DNA of 32,000 bases from an uncultured Hyphomonadaceae bacterium (GCA_964412785.1 CAYPQD010000025.1:1-32000); one strand, 5' to 3'; positions 1 to 8,532 are shown, counted from the stretch's first letter. Notes: generated from the letters alone by a model not told the origin. Translations and numbers: made by a program.

Positions 1-2
1 TC

Positions 3-230
3 AGCGCCGGATCGTCCCTGAAGCTCTGCCTCGTCGGCGCCGGCGAGGCCGACCTCTATCCCCGCCTCGGGCGCACCATGGAGTGGGACACCGCAGCCGG
101 ACAGGCTGTGGCCGAGGCCGCTGGCGCGCGTGTCCTCTGCGAGGATGGCACGCCGCTCCTCTACGGCAAACGCGAGCGCGGCTATGACAACCCCCACTTC
201 ATCGTCTATGGCGACGTGGCCCCTGCCTGA
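3..230 (+). CDS. cysQ: 3'(2'),5'-bisphosphate nucleotidase CysQ / inositol-monophosphatase family, C-terminal fragment (5' end outside window)
   Basis: Not in the ORF track because there is no start codon in the window. Frame 3 reads SAGSSLKLCLVGAGEADLYPRLGRTMEWDTAAGQAVAEAAGARVLCEDGTPLLYGKRERGYDNPHFIVYGDVAPA, then TGA at 228-230. The LYPRLG..MEWDTAAG block is the typical C-terminal signature of CysQ/IMPase enzymes. Confidence 0.7.
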   Translation, partial: SAGSSLKLCLVGAGEADLYPRLGRTMEWDTAAGQAVAEAAGARVLCEDGTPLLYGKRERGYDNPHFIVYGDVAPA

Positions 231-349
231 CGACCCCTGGCTGCGCTGCGGCCCCGGTCTGGCAAGCCGCTTGCACTCCCCTCTGGCGCGAATGCGCCTC
301 CTGGCCCTGTGACGGCCATCAGACAGGCGTGCGGATGAGGTGAACGGCG

Positions 350-1459
350 ATGCACTGGATGGGCTGGGGTCTTGCGCTGGCTGCGCTTGTCATCGCCCAC
401 GGCCTGCGCGCGCCAGGCCGCGGTCCGGCCCGGGCTGCCACCGCCTTCCTCCTCGCATTCGTCGTATCTGCCGGAGTGATCCGCGCGGGGGCCGACCGTC
501 TGGGTCTGCAGCGCCCCACCGATTTCGACCGGGTGGTCAACCACGCAATCGCGATAACCCTTCAGGATCCCGCGCCGCTGATCGTGTTCTCTGGCGCAAG
601 CTTCTCGCGCAACGGAATTGACGACGCGCGCCTGACACGCGCCCTGCGCGAGGCGGGCTACCCACACCGGGTCGTCAGCCTCAGCCTGGAGGCCGCCCCG
701 TTCGCCGAGCGCGCCGCCCATCTCGACCAGTTCATCGCCGAAACCGGGCGGGTGCCGGACCTCGTCTTCATGGAAGTCTCCGCAGCGTTCGACGTGCGCC
801 CAGGTATCGTCTTCGACAATTCCAAGTTCTCCGTCCGCGCCATCGAGCAGTTCGACCTGCCGCGCGCCGGCTCGGCTGCACGCGGGCTGGCCGCAGGCCA
901 TTGCGCCGGGCTTGCAGCGTGCGCCAGGGACAGCCTGCTCATTGCCGCCCATGCGCTTGTGAACGCATCCAACACCGGCCTGCTTTCGCGCGCGCAACCG
1001 GCCCGCGAGGCCGGGTCCCTTGCCGCCTTTGACCCGGCCACAACCCCGCGCGAGACGATCGACCCGCTCACCCGCGCCCGTAAGCTGCGTGAGACCGTCG
1101 CACGGGTGTCGGAGAGCCCGGCCTGGGTGCGCCGCGAACGCACCGCCCAGCGCGCCCGCCTGCTCAGCCTTGGTGTGCGCGAGGTCGGCTACTACCTGCC
1201 GCCGGTGATCGACCCGCCCATGCGGGCCTATCTCGCCGGCCTGTGCGAGACCGAGTTTGCCGGCCTGCCCTGCCTGGCGCCGGACGATCCTGCCCTGCTC
1301 GCCGCGCTCGACCGCGATGTCTGGCTCGACGAGACCCATCTGCTCGATGCCGGCACGGCGCTCTATTCGCGCTGGCTGGCGGCGCGGCTGACCGGCAGCG
1401 GCTGGCTGGATACACCAGCCCGGGCGCCTTCGATCGCGGGGCTGGGGGCGGGGCGATGA
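350..1459 (+). CDS. Membrane-anchored hypothetical protein; possible SGNH/DltD-like partner of the downstream MBOAT
   Basis: 369-aa ORF with GAGGTG about 8 nt upstream of ATG 350. Two N-terminal hydrophobic segments (WGLALAALVIAHGL, ATAFLLAFVVSAGVI). LIVFSGASFSRNG (aa 77-89) resembles an SGNH/DltD block-I serine. WLDETHLLDAG (D327/H330) resembles the block-V DxxH. The stop overlaps the MBOAT start as ATGA (1456-1459). The function is inference. Confidence 0.6.
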   Translation: MHWMGWGLALAALVIAHGLRAPGRGPARAATAFLLAFVVSAGVIRAGADRLGLQRPTDFDRVVNHAIAITLQDPAPLIVFSGASFSRNGIDDARLTRALREAGYPHRVVSLSLEAAPFAERAAHLDQFIAETGRVPDLVFMEVSAAFDVRPGIVFDNSKFSVRAIEQFDLPRAGSAARGLAAGHCAGLAACARDSLLIAAHALVNASNTGLLSRAQPAREAGSLAAFDPATTPRETIDPLTRARKLRETVARVSESPAWVRRERTAQRARLLSLGVREVGYYLPPVIDPPMRAYLAGLCETEFAGLPCLAPDDPALLAALDRDVWLDETHLLDAGTALYSRWLAARLTGSGWLDTPARAPSIAGLGAGR

Positions 1460-2880
1460 TCTTCACAGAGCCCGTCTTCTTCGCCTTCCTCACGGCCGTC
1501 CTGACCGCCTACTGGCTGCTGCGCTGCCGGGACCACCGGCTCGACCTGCTGCTCGCCGCCTCGGCCCTGTTCTACGGCTGGTGGGACTGGCGGTTCCTCG
1601 GCCTGATCGCGCTGGTCGTCCTCATCACCTGGATCGCCGGACGCGAGGCCGCTTCGCGTCCGGCCGGCGACCGGGTACGGCGCCGCTGGCTCGCCGGCGC
1701 GATCGCGATCAATCTCGGCGTGCTCGCGAGCTTCAAGTATTTCGGCTTCTTTACCGAAAGCGCGCTGCGTCTCGCCGAGGCAGCGGGCCTGCAGCTCTCC
1801 TGGCCGACGGTCAACCTGCTGCTGCCGGTCGGCATCTCCTTCTATGTCTTCCAGGCAATCAGCTATCTCGTCGATGTCGCCCGCGGCGACCTCGCCCCGG
1901 AGCGCAGGCTGCGCCGGCTCGCACTCTATATCGGCTTCTTCCCGCAGCTGGTGGCCGGGCCGATCGTGCGTGCGGCGTCATTCTTCCCGCAAATGGCGCG
2001 CGACAAGCGCCTCTCCGGTGCGCTCATAGCGTCGGGCGTGCGCCTCTTCATCCTCGGTTTCATCTACAAGGCCGGCGTCGCCGACAATCTCGCCCCCTTC
2101 ATCGACCCGGTTTTCGGCGATCCGATGCGCCCGGGCGACAGCGACCTCGCCGCCTGGAGCAATGGCGCGCTGATCGGCGCGACCCTCGCCTTCGCGGCCC
2201 AGATCTATTTCGATTTCGCAGGCTACTCGCTGATGGCGATCGGGGTCGCCCGGCTGTTCGGCTTCCACATTCCGCGCAATTTCGACACCCCCTATGCGGC
2301 ACGCTCGATCGCCGATTTCTGGCGGCGCTGGCACATTTCCCTGTCCTCATGGCTGCGCGATTATGTCTACATCCCGCTCGGCGGCAGTCGCGGCCGCGCC
2401 GGCCAGACGGCTCGCAACCTCATGGTGACCATGCTGCTCGGCGGCCTCTGGCATGGCGCAGCCTGGACCTTCGTCGCCTGGGGCGCCCTGCACGGCGCAG
2501 CGCTTGTCATCCAGCGCCATCTCTTGCGAACCGGCGGGCGCACGCTCGGGCCGCTCGCGGCGCTTCTGGCCACCCAGCTGTTCGTGCTGCTCGCATGGGT
2601 GCCATTCCGCGCTGATGGGTTCTCAGACACGCTCGACGTCTGGTCGGCCTTTGCCGGCCTGCGCGCCGGCGGGCCCGGGAGCTTGCCGGCGGTCGTCCTT
2701 GCGGTCCCGCTCCTGATCCTTGCCGATATGCTGATGGCGCGAGCGGACGTGCGCCGGCTCGCCCGCCGACCGGTTCTGCGCCATCCTCTCGTTTACGGCA
2801 GTGCCGCTGGCGCGCTCGCTGCCCTTGCCCTGGCTCTCTACCCCCTGGAGGCCGCCCCCTTCGTGTATTTCCAGTTCTGA
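1456..2880 (+). CDS. MBOAT-family membrane-bound O-acyltransferase (AlgI/DltB/PatA-like)
   Basis: Lies in track ORF 1243..2880. I place the start at ATG 1456 (MIFTEPVFFAFLTAVL...). Multi-pass hydrophobic protein with MBOAT hallmarks FWRRWHISLSSWLRDYVYIPLGGSR and LLGGLWHGAAWTF (conserved His). Confidence 0.85.
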   Translation: MIFTEPVFFAFLTAVLTAYWLLRCRDHRLDLLLAASALFYGWWDWRFLGLIALVVLITWIAGREAASRPAGDRVRRRWLAGAIAINLGVLASFKYFGFFTESALRLAEAAGLQLSWPTVNLLLPVGISFYVFQAISYLVDVARGDLAPERRLRRLALYIGFFPQLVAGPIVRAASFFPQMARDKRLSGALIASGVRLFILGFIYKAGVADNLAPFIDPVFGDPMRPGDSDLAAWSNGALIGATLAFAAQIYFDFAGYSLMAIGVARLFGFHIPRNFDTPYAARSIADFWRRWHISLSSWLRDYVYIPLGGSRGRAGQTARNLMVTMLLGGLWHGAAWTFVAWGALHGAALVIQRHLLRTGGRTLGPLAALLATQLFVLLAWVPFRADGFSDTLDVWSAFAGLRAGGPGSLPAVVLAVPLLILADMLMARADVRRLARRPVLRHPLVYGSAAGALAALALALYPLEAAPFVYFQF

Positions 2881-2932
2881 CCGGTGCCCCCCGCGTGCTG
2901 GCCTGGACCCGACAGATGGAGTAAATGGACCC

Positions 2933-4027
2933 ATGACGACCCACACCCTCCTGCCGGCCGTCCTCTGCGGCGGGGTTGGCTCGCGCCTGTGGCCGCTGTC
3001 GCGGCGCGCCAGGCCGAAGCAGTTCCACGCGCTGGCCGGGCCGGAACCGATGCTGGTCGACACCCTTCGCCGCCTTGGCGCCCCGGCAGGGCTCAACGTC
3101 CTGCCGCCCCTGATCGTTGGCAGCGTCGCCCATGGCGACCTTCTGGAAGACGCACTGCGTGCCGCAGGGATCGCTGATGGCACAATCCTGACCGAGCCTG
3201 ATGGACGCAACAGCGCCCCGGCTGTCGCAATGGCCTGCCTGCATGCTCTGGAGTGCGCCGGGCCCGATGCGCTCGCCCTTGTCATGGCCTCCGACCACCA
3301 TGTCGGCCGGCCGGACGCGTTCCGCGAGGCGGTGTGCGCAGCCGCCGACATTGCGGCCGATGGCCGGCTTGTCACCTTCGGCATCCCCGCAACCCGGCCG
3401 GAGACCGGTTTCGGCTATATCCGCCGCGGCACCCCGCGCCTGCGGGGCTTTGACGTCGACCGCTTCATCGAAAAGCCGCCGCGCGCCGATGCGGAAGCAA
3501 TGCTCGCCGCCGGCGGCCATGACTGGAATTCGGGCATCTTTCTCGTCCACGCCGCGACGCTCCTTGCCGAGCTGGAGCGCCAACGCCCGCAAATGGCTGA
3601 CGCCGTCGCCCGCGCCTGGGCTGCACGCATTCGGGATGAACGGCGCATGACGCCCGACCGCGCCAGCTGGGAGACGATCGAGGGTGACAGCATCGACTAT
3701 GCGGTCATGGAGCAGACCAGCCTTGCCAGCGTCGTGCCGGTGGACATGGACTGGTCGGATGTTGGCAGTTGGGCTGCGATTGCCGAAATCGCGGCAGCTG
3801 GCGCGGATGCGAATGGCAACATGGCCCCGCCCGGTACAGTCCTCGTCGAGACCACGGGCAGCCTGGTGCATTCGCTGACCGGGCGGCTGGTGGCCCTCAT
3901 CGGCTGCGAGGATCTGGTCATCGTCGATACGCCTGACGCCCTGCTCGTCATGCCCGGTGAGAAGGCCCAGACGGTCAAGGCCGCCGTCGAGGCGCTCAGG
4001 TCCGCCGGCCGCGAGGACCTGCTATAG
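2933..4027 (+). CDS. manC: Mannose-1-phosphate guanylyltransferase (GDP-mannose pyrophosphorylase), short form without C-terminal cupin/PMI domain
   Basis: Lies in track ORF 2801..4027. Start placed at ATG 2933. MTTHTLLPAVLCGGVGSRLWPLSRRARPKQF is the ManC/XanB-type nucleotidyltransferase loop, and DWSDVGSW lies further on. At 364 aa it is about 100 aa shorter than bifunctional type II PMI-GMP enzymes. Confidence 0.8.
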   Translation: MTTHTLLPAVLCGGVGSRLWPLSRRARPKQFHALAGPEPMLVDTLRRLGAPAGLNVLPPLIVGSVAHGDLLEDALRAAGIADGTILTEPDGRNSAPAVAMACLHALECAGPDALALVMASDHHVGRPDAFREAVCAAADIAADGRLVTFGIPATRPETGFGYIRRGTPRLRGFDVDRFIEKPPRADAEAMLAAGGHDWNSGIFLVHAATLLAELERQRPQMADAVARAWAARIRDERRMTPDRASWETIEGDSIDYAVMEQTSLASVVPVDMDWSDVGSWAAIAEIAAAGADANGNMAPPGTVLVETTGSLVHSLTGRLVALIGCEDLVIVDTPDALLVMPGEKAQTVKAAVEALRSAGREDLL

Positions 4028-4113
4028 GTCGGTTTCCGACCAGATTGACCCACTTGGCCAGCCGTGTTTTCCGTCAGGGTAGTCGTCGCGCGCCCGTCCG
4101 CCAATGCCTGCCC

Positions 4114-6018
4114 TCAGGCGGCTTCGGCGTCCTTGTCCGTCTCGGGCTTGTCGCTCTCTTCGCGCGACATCGGCGGGCCGAAGCTGATCAGCGTCACGCC
4201 CTCGCCGCCCCGCGCCTCGCGCGCCGGGCCAAGGAAGGTCACCGCCCCGGCGCGCACTTCGGCCAGCAGGTCGGCCTGGGGCCGCTCGGCAATGAACTCG
4301 GCGAGCGTGTACTTGTCGGTAAGCGTCGTGCGGGAGAATCCCCAGCCCCGGTATTGGTCCCGGATGAGCCCATCATAGGAGCGCCCGCGCCGGATCAGCG
4401 TGCGCCCGCGCGTGCCCGGGCCGATGCTGCGGCTGTCAACCTCGTCGCCATCGCCCGTCGACAGCTGGAACACCCGGTGGCGGCCGAGCTCCGGAGCGAA
4501 ATGGCCCGAGACAAGCGCGTTGTAGGGTTCGTTCGCCGACAGGGCGATCGCCTGGCTGAAGCGCGAATGATCCAGCCGCACCTCGGCATCCTCGGAGAGC
4601 ACCTCGCCGAAAAATGTCTCAAGCCCCGCCTCGCGTGCCGGGCGCAGGCGCCGCCAGTTGCTGTCAGCGAGAATGGTCTCCACGCCGGCATCGCGCAGGG
4701 TGCGGGCGAACTCGACGCTGAACGGATTGACCCCGATGAGCAGCACGCCCGGCTTCTCCTTGCGCGCGAGGCCAAGGCGCCGCGACAACGGGCTGATGGT
4801 AAAGCCGTGCAGGACAACCGTTGCAAACACCATGGCAAAGGCAAGCGGGGTGATCCGGTCTGCGCCATAGAAGTCGAACTGGCTGGTCCGCGACAGCTCG
4901 ATCAGGCGCTGGCCGAACAGGCTGGAGACGGCCACCGCAACGATACCCCGAGGCGCGATCCAGCCAAGCAGGAGCGCCTCATTGCGGGTCAGCGTGCCAT
5001 AGGTCGATATCCACACGGACAGCGGCCGCACCACGAACAGCATGGCCACAAGGAAGGCGAGGGTCTGCACCGTCAGCGCCGAGGCGATGATGTCGGGCGT
5101 GAGGTTGGCCGTCAGGATGACGAACACGCCGGAGACCAGGAGGACGGCAATGTCCTCCTTGAACTTGCGCAGCTCCGAAAGGCCGGCGAGCCTGGAGTTG
5201 GCGAGGGTCATGCCATAGGCCGTGACGGCGACCAGGCCGGTCTCCTGCTCCACCTGTTCTGACAGCGCATAGCAGAGGATCAGGCTGGCAAAGATCAGCG
5301 GCGCCTTCAGATATTCCGGTGTCCAGCCGGCGCGGAAGGCGCGCGACATGGCGAATCCGAACGCAACGCCCAGCGCTGTGCCGACTGCGGCGGCAAACAA
5401 CACCCACATGGCGATGCCGACCGTAGACTCGCCGTTAGAGGCAACGCGCACCACCTCATAGGCGACCACGGCAAACAGGGCGCCGACCGGGTCGTTGACA
5501 ATGCCTTCCCATTTCAGAGTGGCGCCAACCTTGCCGCCGAGCTTCGACTGACGCAGCAGCGGCATGATCACCGTCGGCCCGGTAACCACCATGACACCGG
5601 CGAAGACCACAGCGCTCGCCCAGTCAAGGCCGGCTGCATATTTCGCCGCCAGCGTCCCGAGACCCCACGCCAGAGGGCCGCCGACAAACACCATCCGGCG
5701 GACGACCGCACCGGCATCGCGCAGGTTCTCGAACTTCAGAACGAGGCCGCCCTCGAACAGGATCACCGCGACCGCCAGCGCGATCACCGGGCGCAGCAGG
5801 TCGCCGAAGGCGCGCTGCGGGTTGAGCAGCGGTTCGCCGAAAATTGCCGCCCAGAGCGGGCCCACCGACAGACCGGCGAGCGCCATCAGAACGATCGCCG
5901 GCGCCTGGATCCGCCAGGCCAGCCACTGCGCGCCAAGGCCAAGGGCGCCGATCAGCGCCACCGCCATGAAAACGGCATTGTCGGCGGCGCCCGCCAGGAG
6001 ATAGGGCAAGTCAAACAT
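4114..6018 (-). CDS. Cation:proton (Na+/H+) antiporter, CPA1 family, with soluble C-terminal regulatory region
   Basis: 634 aa. About 400 aa form a polytopic membrane domain that includes the exchanger-family VILFEGGL motif. A ~220-aa soluble C-terminal part follows (GVLLIGVNPFSVEFARTLRDAGVETILADSN looks like an RCK/TrkA-type nucleotide-binding fold). Confidence 0.8.
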   Translation of the reverse strand: MFDLPYLLAGAADNAVFMAVALIGALGLGAQWLAWRIQAPAIVLMALAGLSVGPLWAAIFGEPLLNPQRAFGDLLRPVIALAVAVILFEGGLVLKFENLRDAGAVVRRMVFVGGPLAWGLGTLAAKYAAGLDWASAVVFAGVMVVTGPTVIMPLLRQSKLGGKVGATLKWEGIVNDPVGALFAVVAYEVVRVASNGESTVGIAMWVLFAAAVGTALGVAFGFAMSRAFRAGWTPEYLKAPLIFASLILCYALSEQVEQETGLVAVTAYGMTLANSRLAGLSELRKFKEDIAVLLVSGVFVILTANLTPDIIASALTVQTLAFLVAMLFVVRPLSVWISTYGTLTRNEALLLGWIAPRGIVAVAVSSLFGQRLIELSRTSQFDFYGADRITPLAFAMVFATVVLHGFTISPLSRRLGLARKEKPGVLLIGVNPFSVEFARTLRDAGVETILADSNWRRLRPAREAGLETFFGEVLSEDAEVRLDHSRFSQAIALSANEPYNALVSGHFAPELGRHRVFQLSTGDGDEVDSRSIGPGTRGRTLIRRGRSYDGLIRDQYRGWGFSRTTLTDKYTLAEFIAERPQADLLAEVRAGAVTFLGPAREARGGEGVTLISFGPPMSREESDKPETDKDAEAA

Positions 6019-6059
6019 CAGGGCTCTTGTCCTTTGCCGGTCCGCCGGGCCTTCGCCGA

Positions 6060-6584
6060 TCAGGTTTCGGCCGTGTCGATATCACGCGCAAAATCGAAGC
6101 CGATTTCACGGGTTCCATAATCGCCCTCGCGATACCGCTCAATCTTGTCGGCAAACCAGAGGTGAACATGGTCGAACACTGCCTGATAGAAAGGCGTCGG
6201 GTCGGTCTCTGCAAGCGGGAGTTCGAAGGTGTATGTGCTGCCGCCCTTGATTTCCACTTCGAACCGGTCGCCGAGCTTGCGACATTCCAGCGTCAGGCGA
6301 AGCCAGTCGGTACCCTTGGTGACGCGGACTGCCAGCCCGAATGACACCGGGCCGAGCGGGCGGAAGCCGCGCGGTGCGACCGAAAATGCCTTGTCGCCAT
6401 AGGGTTTGGGCTCGAACGGGCCATAGGGCGGCACCAGGCGGACACATACGCCGTCCCGCGCATCGAGGAATGCGCAAAGGCCCTCGCGCAGGTCCTCCGC
6501 AAGCCGCCTTATCCGGTCATAATTCGCAGCCGCGAGTGCCTGATAGGTCTCGACCGTCTCAAGCAGGGTCTCGAAGCGTCCCAT
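6060..6584 (-). CDS. Hypothetical soluble protein (174 aa), no domain recognised
   Basis: Lies in track ORF 6060..6731. I prefer ATG at 6584 (MGRFETLLETVETYQAL...), which is preceded by GGGAGG 7 nt upstream. The longer N-terminal extension is low-complexity and not protein-like. Confidence 0.5.
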   Translation of the reverse strand: MGRFETLLETVETYQALAAANYDRIRRLAEDLREGLCAFLDARDGVCVRLVPPYGPFEPKPYGDKAFSVAPRGFRPLGPVSFGLAVRVTKGTDWLRLTLECRKLGDRFEVEIKGGSTYTFELPLAETDPTPFYQAVFDHVHLWFADKIERYREGDYGTREIGFDFARDIDTAET

Positions 6585-6704
6585 GGCATGGCCTCCCGGG
6601 CTTCGCCGAAGCATCGGCAAGCGCCGACTTATACCGTGCTGCATGGACCCAAAACCGATCCACGCAGCGCAGGGCAAGCGCGTCGGCGCCCCATGCGCCG
6701 TGGC

Positions 6705-6726
6705 CGCGGATGAGTCTTCATCCGCG
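6705..6726 (-). terminator. Perfect 9-bp stem / 4-nt loop hairpin downstream of the 6789..7193 gene (no U-tract)
   Basis: CGCGGATGA-GTCT-TCATCCGCG at 6705-6726, flanked by an AT-rich patch (cacattagtattag). It sits 63 nt past the stop of the upstream minus-strand gene. No T-run follows on the minus strand, so intrinsic-terminator status is uncertain. Confidence 0.3.
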
Positions 6727-6788
6727 CACATTAGTATTAGCCTTCACGGAGCGTTGCGGCAAATCGGGACGTCAACGGGCCTGCACGG

Positions 6789-7193
6789 TCAGTCCGGATC
6801 GTAGCGCAGGTGGCGGTGCCAGTAGAGATGCAGGCCCAGATAGCTGAGCCCGATGCCAAAGCTGCTCGCCCCAAGTGCCGGCATGATGACACCGCGCAGC
6901 GGCGAGAAGATGATCTCAAGGCAGATGGCAAAGCCCAGCGCCACCATTGCGGCCACACCGCGCCGGTGGAGGCCGATGGTCAGTGCCGTCCAGATCGTCA
7001 TCGACGAGAAGGCCGACGCGCGCACAACATAGTCCTGCAAGGGCAGGACCGTGTCGGCCACCTCGGCAAAGGTGACCGTCTTCAGGGCCACGATCACGGC
7101 GATCACGCCGGTGACGCCCGTGGCGATCTGTTCAAGGCGGCGGTCCATCCAGACGCTCGGCCCGCGCTCCTCGTCGGCGGTCATCTCGCTCAT
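6789..7193 (-). CDS. Hypothetical integral membrane protein (134 aa, ~4 TM segments)
   Basis: ORF MSEMTADEERGPSVW... with hydrophobic segments IATGVTGVIAVIVAL, MTIWTALTIGL, VAAMVALGFAICLEIIF and ASSFGIGLSYLGLHLYW. Lies 96 nt downstream of motA on the same strand. Confidence 0.55.
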   Translation of the reverse strand: MSEMTADEERGPSVWMDRRLEQIATGVTGVIAVIVALKTVTFAEVADTVLPLQDYVVRASAFSSMTIWTALTIGLHRRGVAAMVALGFAICLEIIFSPLRGVIMPALGASSFGIGLSYLGLHLYWHRHLRYDPD

Positions 7194-7289
7194 CGGTCTG
7201 CCTTTTCGCGCTCAAACGGGTTTCAACCGGGCTTAGCGAAGTTTCGATGACACACCGCAAAGACCGGCCCCGGGATTTCCTCGACCGCG

Positions 7290-8171
7290 TTAACCGGCGC
7301 GCCTTCGCGGGCGCCGGGATGCGGCGAGGGGCACCACCCGCGCCGGGATGGCAGCGGGACGGTAGGCCTGCGGGATGGCGCGCCGGCCGGCCTCGACCGC
7401 AGCATGGGGCGGGGCCCCCTGGCAATGGGCCGACAGGGTCGCGCGGATCACTTCCAGGGGCGCGGTGTCGGCCTCCACCACGTCGCCGAAGCGCGCCGCC
7501 AGCGGCCCGACCACGCCATAGGAGAGGAACACCCCGAGAAAGGTGCCCAGCAGGGCCCCGGCGATCAGGCCGCCAAGAATGTCGGTCGGCTGGTCGATCG
7601 CGGCCATGGTCTTGATGATGCCGAGAACCGCCGCGACAATGCCCAGTGCAGGCAGGGCATCGGCCAGTTGGATCAAGGCGCGCACCGCCTTCATCTGCTC
7701 CTCGCGGGCCTGCGCCGCGCTGCCGGCCAGCGCCTCGTCCAGCCGCGCGCCGGCGGACGGGTCGATCGCCAGCGCCTGCAGCGCCTCTGTGAGATAGGTG
7801 CACACGCTGGCGTCCTTCAGGGTCATCGGTGCGTTGGCAAAGCGCGGCGAGTCGGCGGGGACTTCCATGTCCGCCTCGATTGCAACAAAGCCGCCCCGGC
7901 GGACCTCGCCGAGCAATGCGCGCAAGAGGCCGATCAGGTCTTCATAGGCTTCCCGGCGCCAGCGCGGGCCGTGCAGCGCCCGCCAGAAGCCCAGCAGCGC
8001 CTCAGCCGATACCCGGGCGGAATTGGCAATCAGCAGCGTACCGAGCGCCGCGCCGCCGATCAGCGACAGTTCGAAGGGCAGGGCGGCCAGCACGCTGGCC
8101 CCGCCGGTCGAGGCAAGCGCCCCGGCGACCAGGATGAGGACAAGAAGCAGGCCGGCAAGCTGGAGCATCAC
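7290..8171 (-). CDS. motA: Flagellar stator protein MotA
   Basis: 293 aa. The N-terminus MMLQLAGLLLVLILVAGALASTGG...LSLIGGAALGTLLI is MotA-like. The C-terminal MotA/TolQ/ExbB channel block is LPALGIVAAVLGIIKTMAAIDQPTDILGGLIAGALLGTFLGVFLSYGVVGPLA. No motB lies adjacent. Confidence 0.85.
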   Translation of the reverse strand: MMLQLAGLLLVLILVAGALASTGGASVLAALPFELSLIGGAALGTLLIANSARVSAEALLGFWRALHGPRWRREAYEDLIGLLRALLGEVRRGGFVAIEADMEVPADSPRFANAPMTLKDASVCTYLTEALQALAIDPSAGARLDEALAGSAAQAREEQMKAVRALIQLADALPALGIVAAVLGIIKTMAAIDQPTDILGGLIAGALLGTFLGVFLSYGVVGPLAARFGDVVEADTAPLEVIRATLSAHCQGAPPHAAVEAGRRAIPQAYRPAAIPARVVPLAASRRPRRRAG

Positions 8172-8532
8172 ACCCAGTGTCGCCTGTCAGGGCTTAACCC
8201 GCCGTTGCCGTGCGACGCCCGGGCTACGCAATGCAGTCAGGCCTGTGGACACGCATTGTCGCAAGTTGGGGGGTTTGTTACGGTTAAGACGGGGTTGGCC
8301 GATAAGGATAGGCGAATGGTCGCGCCTGCGATATACGAGCGGGTGGACAGGCATCGGGCTGTCACACCGGATGGGAACGGACCGGGCCGATCCCCGGAAT
8401 GTATCTTGCCCGGGCCGTATGGTCCGGCTGCGGTCCATCGCGGGCTGTACAAGGATCAGGGGATAGGGTGCCTGGCGTAACCCTGGGTTAAGTCCATCCC
8501 CTTAGAGTTAACGTACGTTTTAGAGGAGTTGC

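Noticed and set aside
206-1339. 377-aa minus-strand ORF antisense to the 350..1459 gene
   Set aside because: The translation is Arg/Gly/Ala-rich and low-complexity, with no motifs. It fully overlaps a plus-strand gene that has an RBS, TM segments and ATGA coupling to the MBOAT. This is a typical high-GC shadow ORF.
1243-1455. Upstream extensions of track ORFs. Examples: MBOAT from 1243, manC from 2801, the 6060 gene to 6731, the transglycosylase to 11772, cheR to 17522, cheY to 17883, ynbE to 19545, M23 from 22905, tolQ from 24995, tolB from 27252, pal from 28790
   Set aside because: The extensions are low-complexity, overlap the preceding gene or intergenic hairpins, and lack an RBS. The internal starts I chose have Shine-Dalgarno sequences and begin at recognisable signal peptides, TM segments or N-terminal motifs.
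2507-3871. 454-aa minus-strand ORF (and 2623..3384) antisense to MBOAT/manC
   Set aside because: The composition is not protein-like (runs of R, G, A, P), and it overlaps two well-supported plus-strand genes.
4045-5262. 405-aa plus-strand ORF antisense to the antiporter
   Set aside because: The minus-strand frame encodes a convincing polytopic CPA1 transporter. The plus-strand frame is Arg/Gly/Gln-rich with no motifs.
6789-7193. Considered whether the 134-aa membrane protein downstream of motA is a divergent MotB
   Set aside because: It has about four TM segments and no periplasmic OmpA-like/PG-binding domain. It also lacks the single-TM-with-Asp architecture. It is kept only as an unknown membrane protein.
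7404-8480. 358-aa plus-strand ORF overlapping motA and the intergenic region
   Set aside because: It is antisense to a clear MotA and continues through non-coding sequence. The composition is low-complexity.
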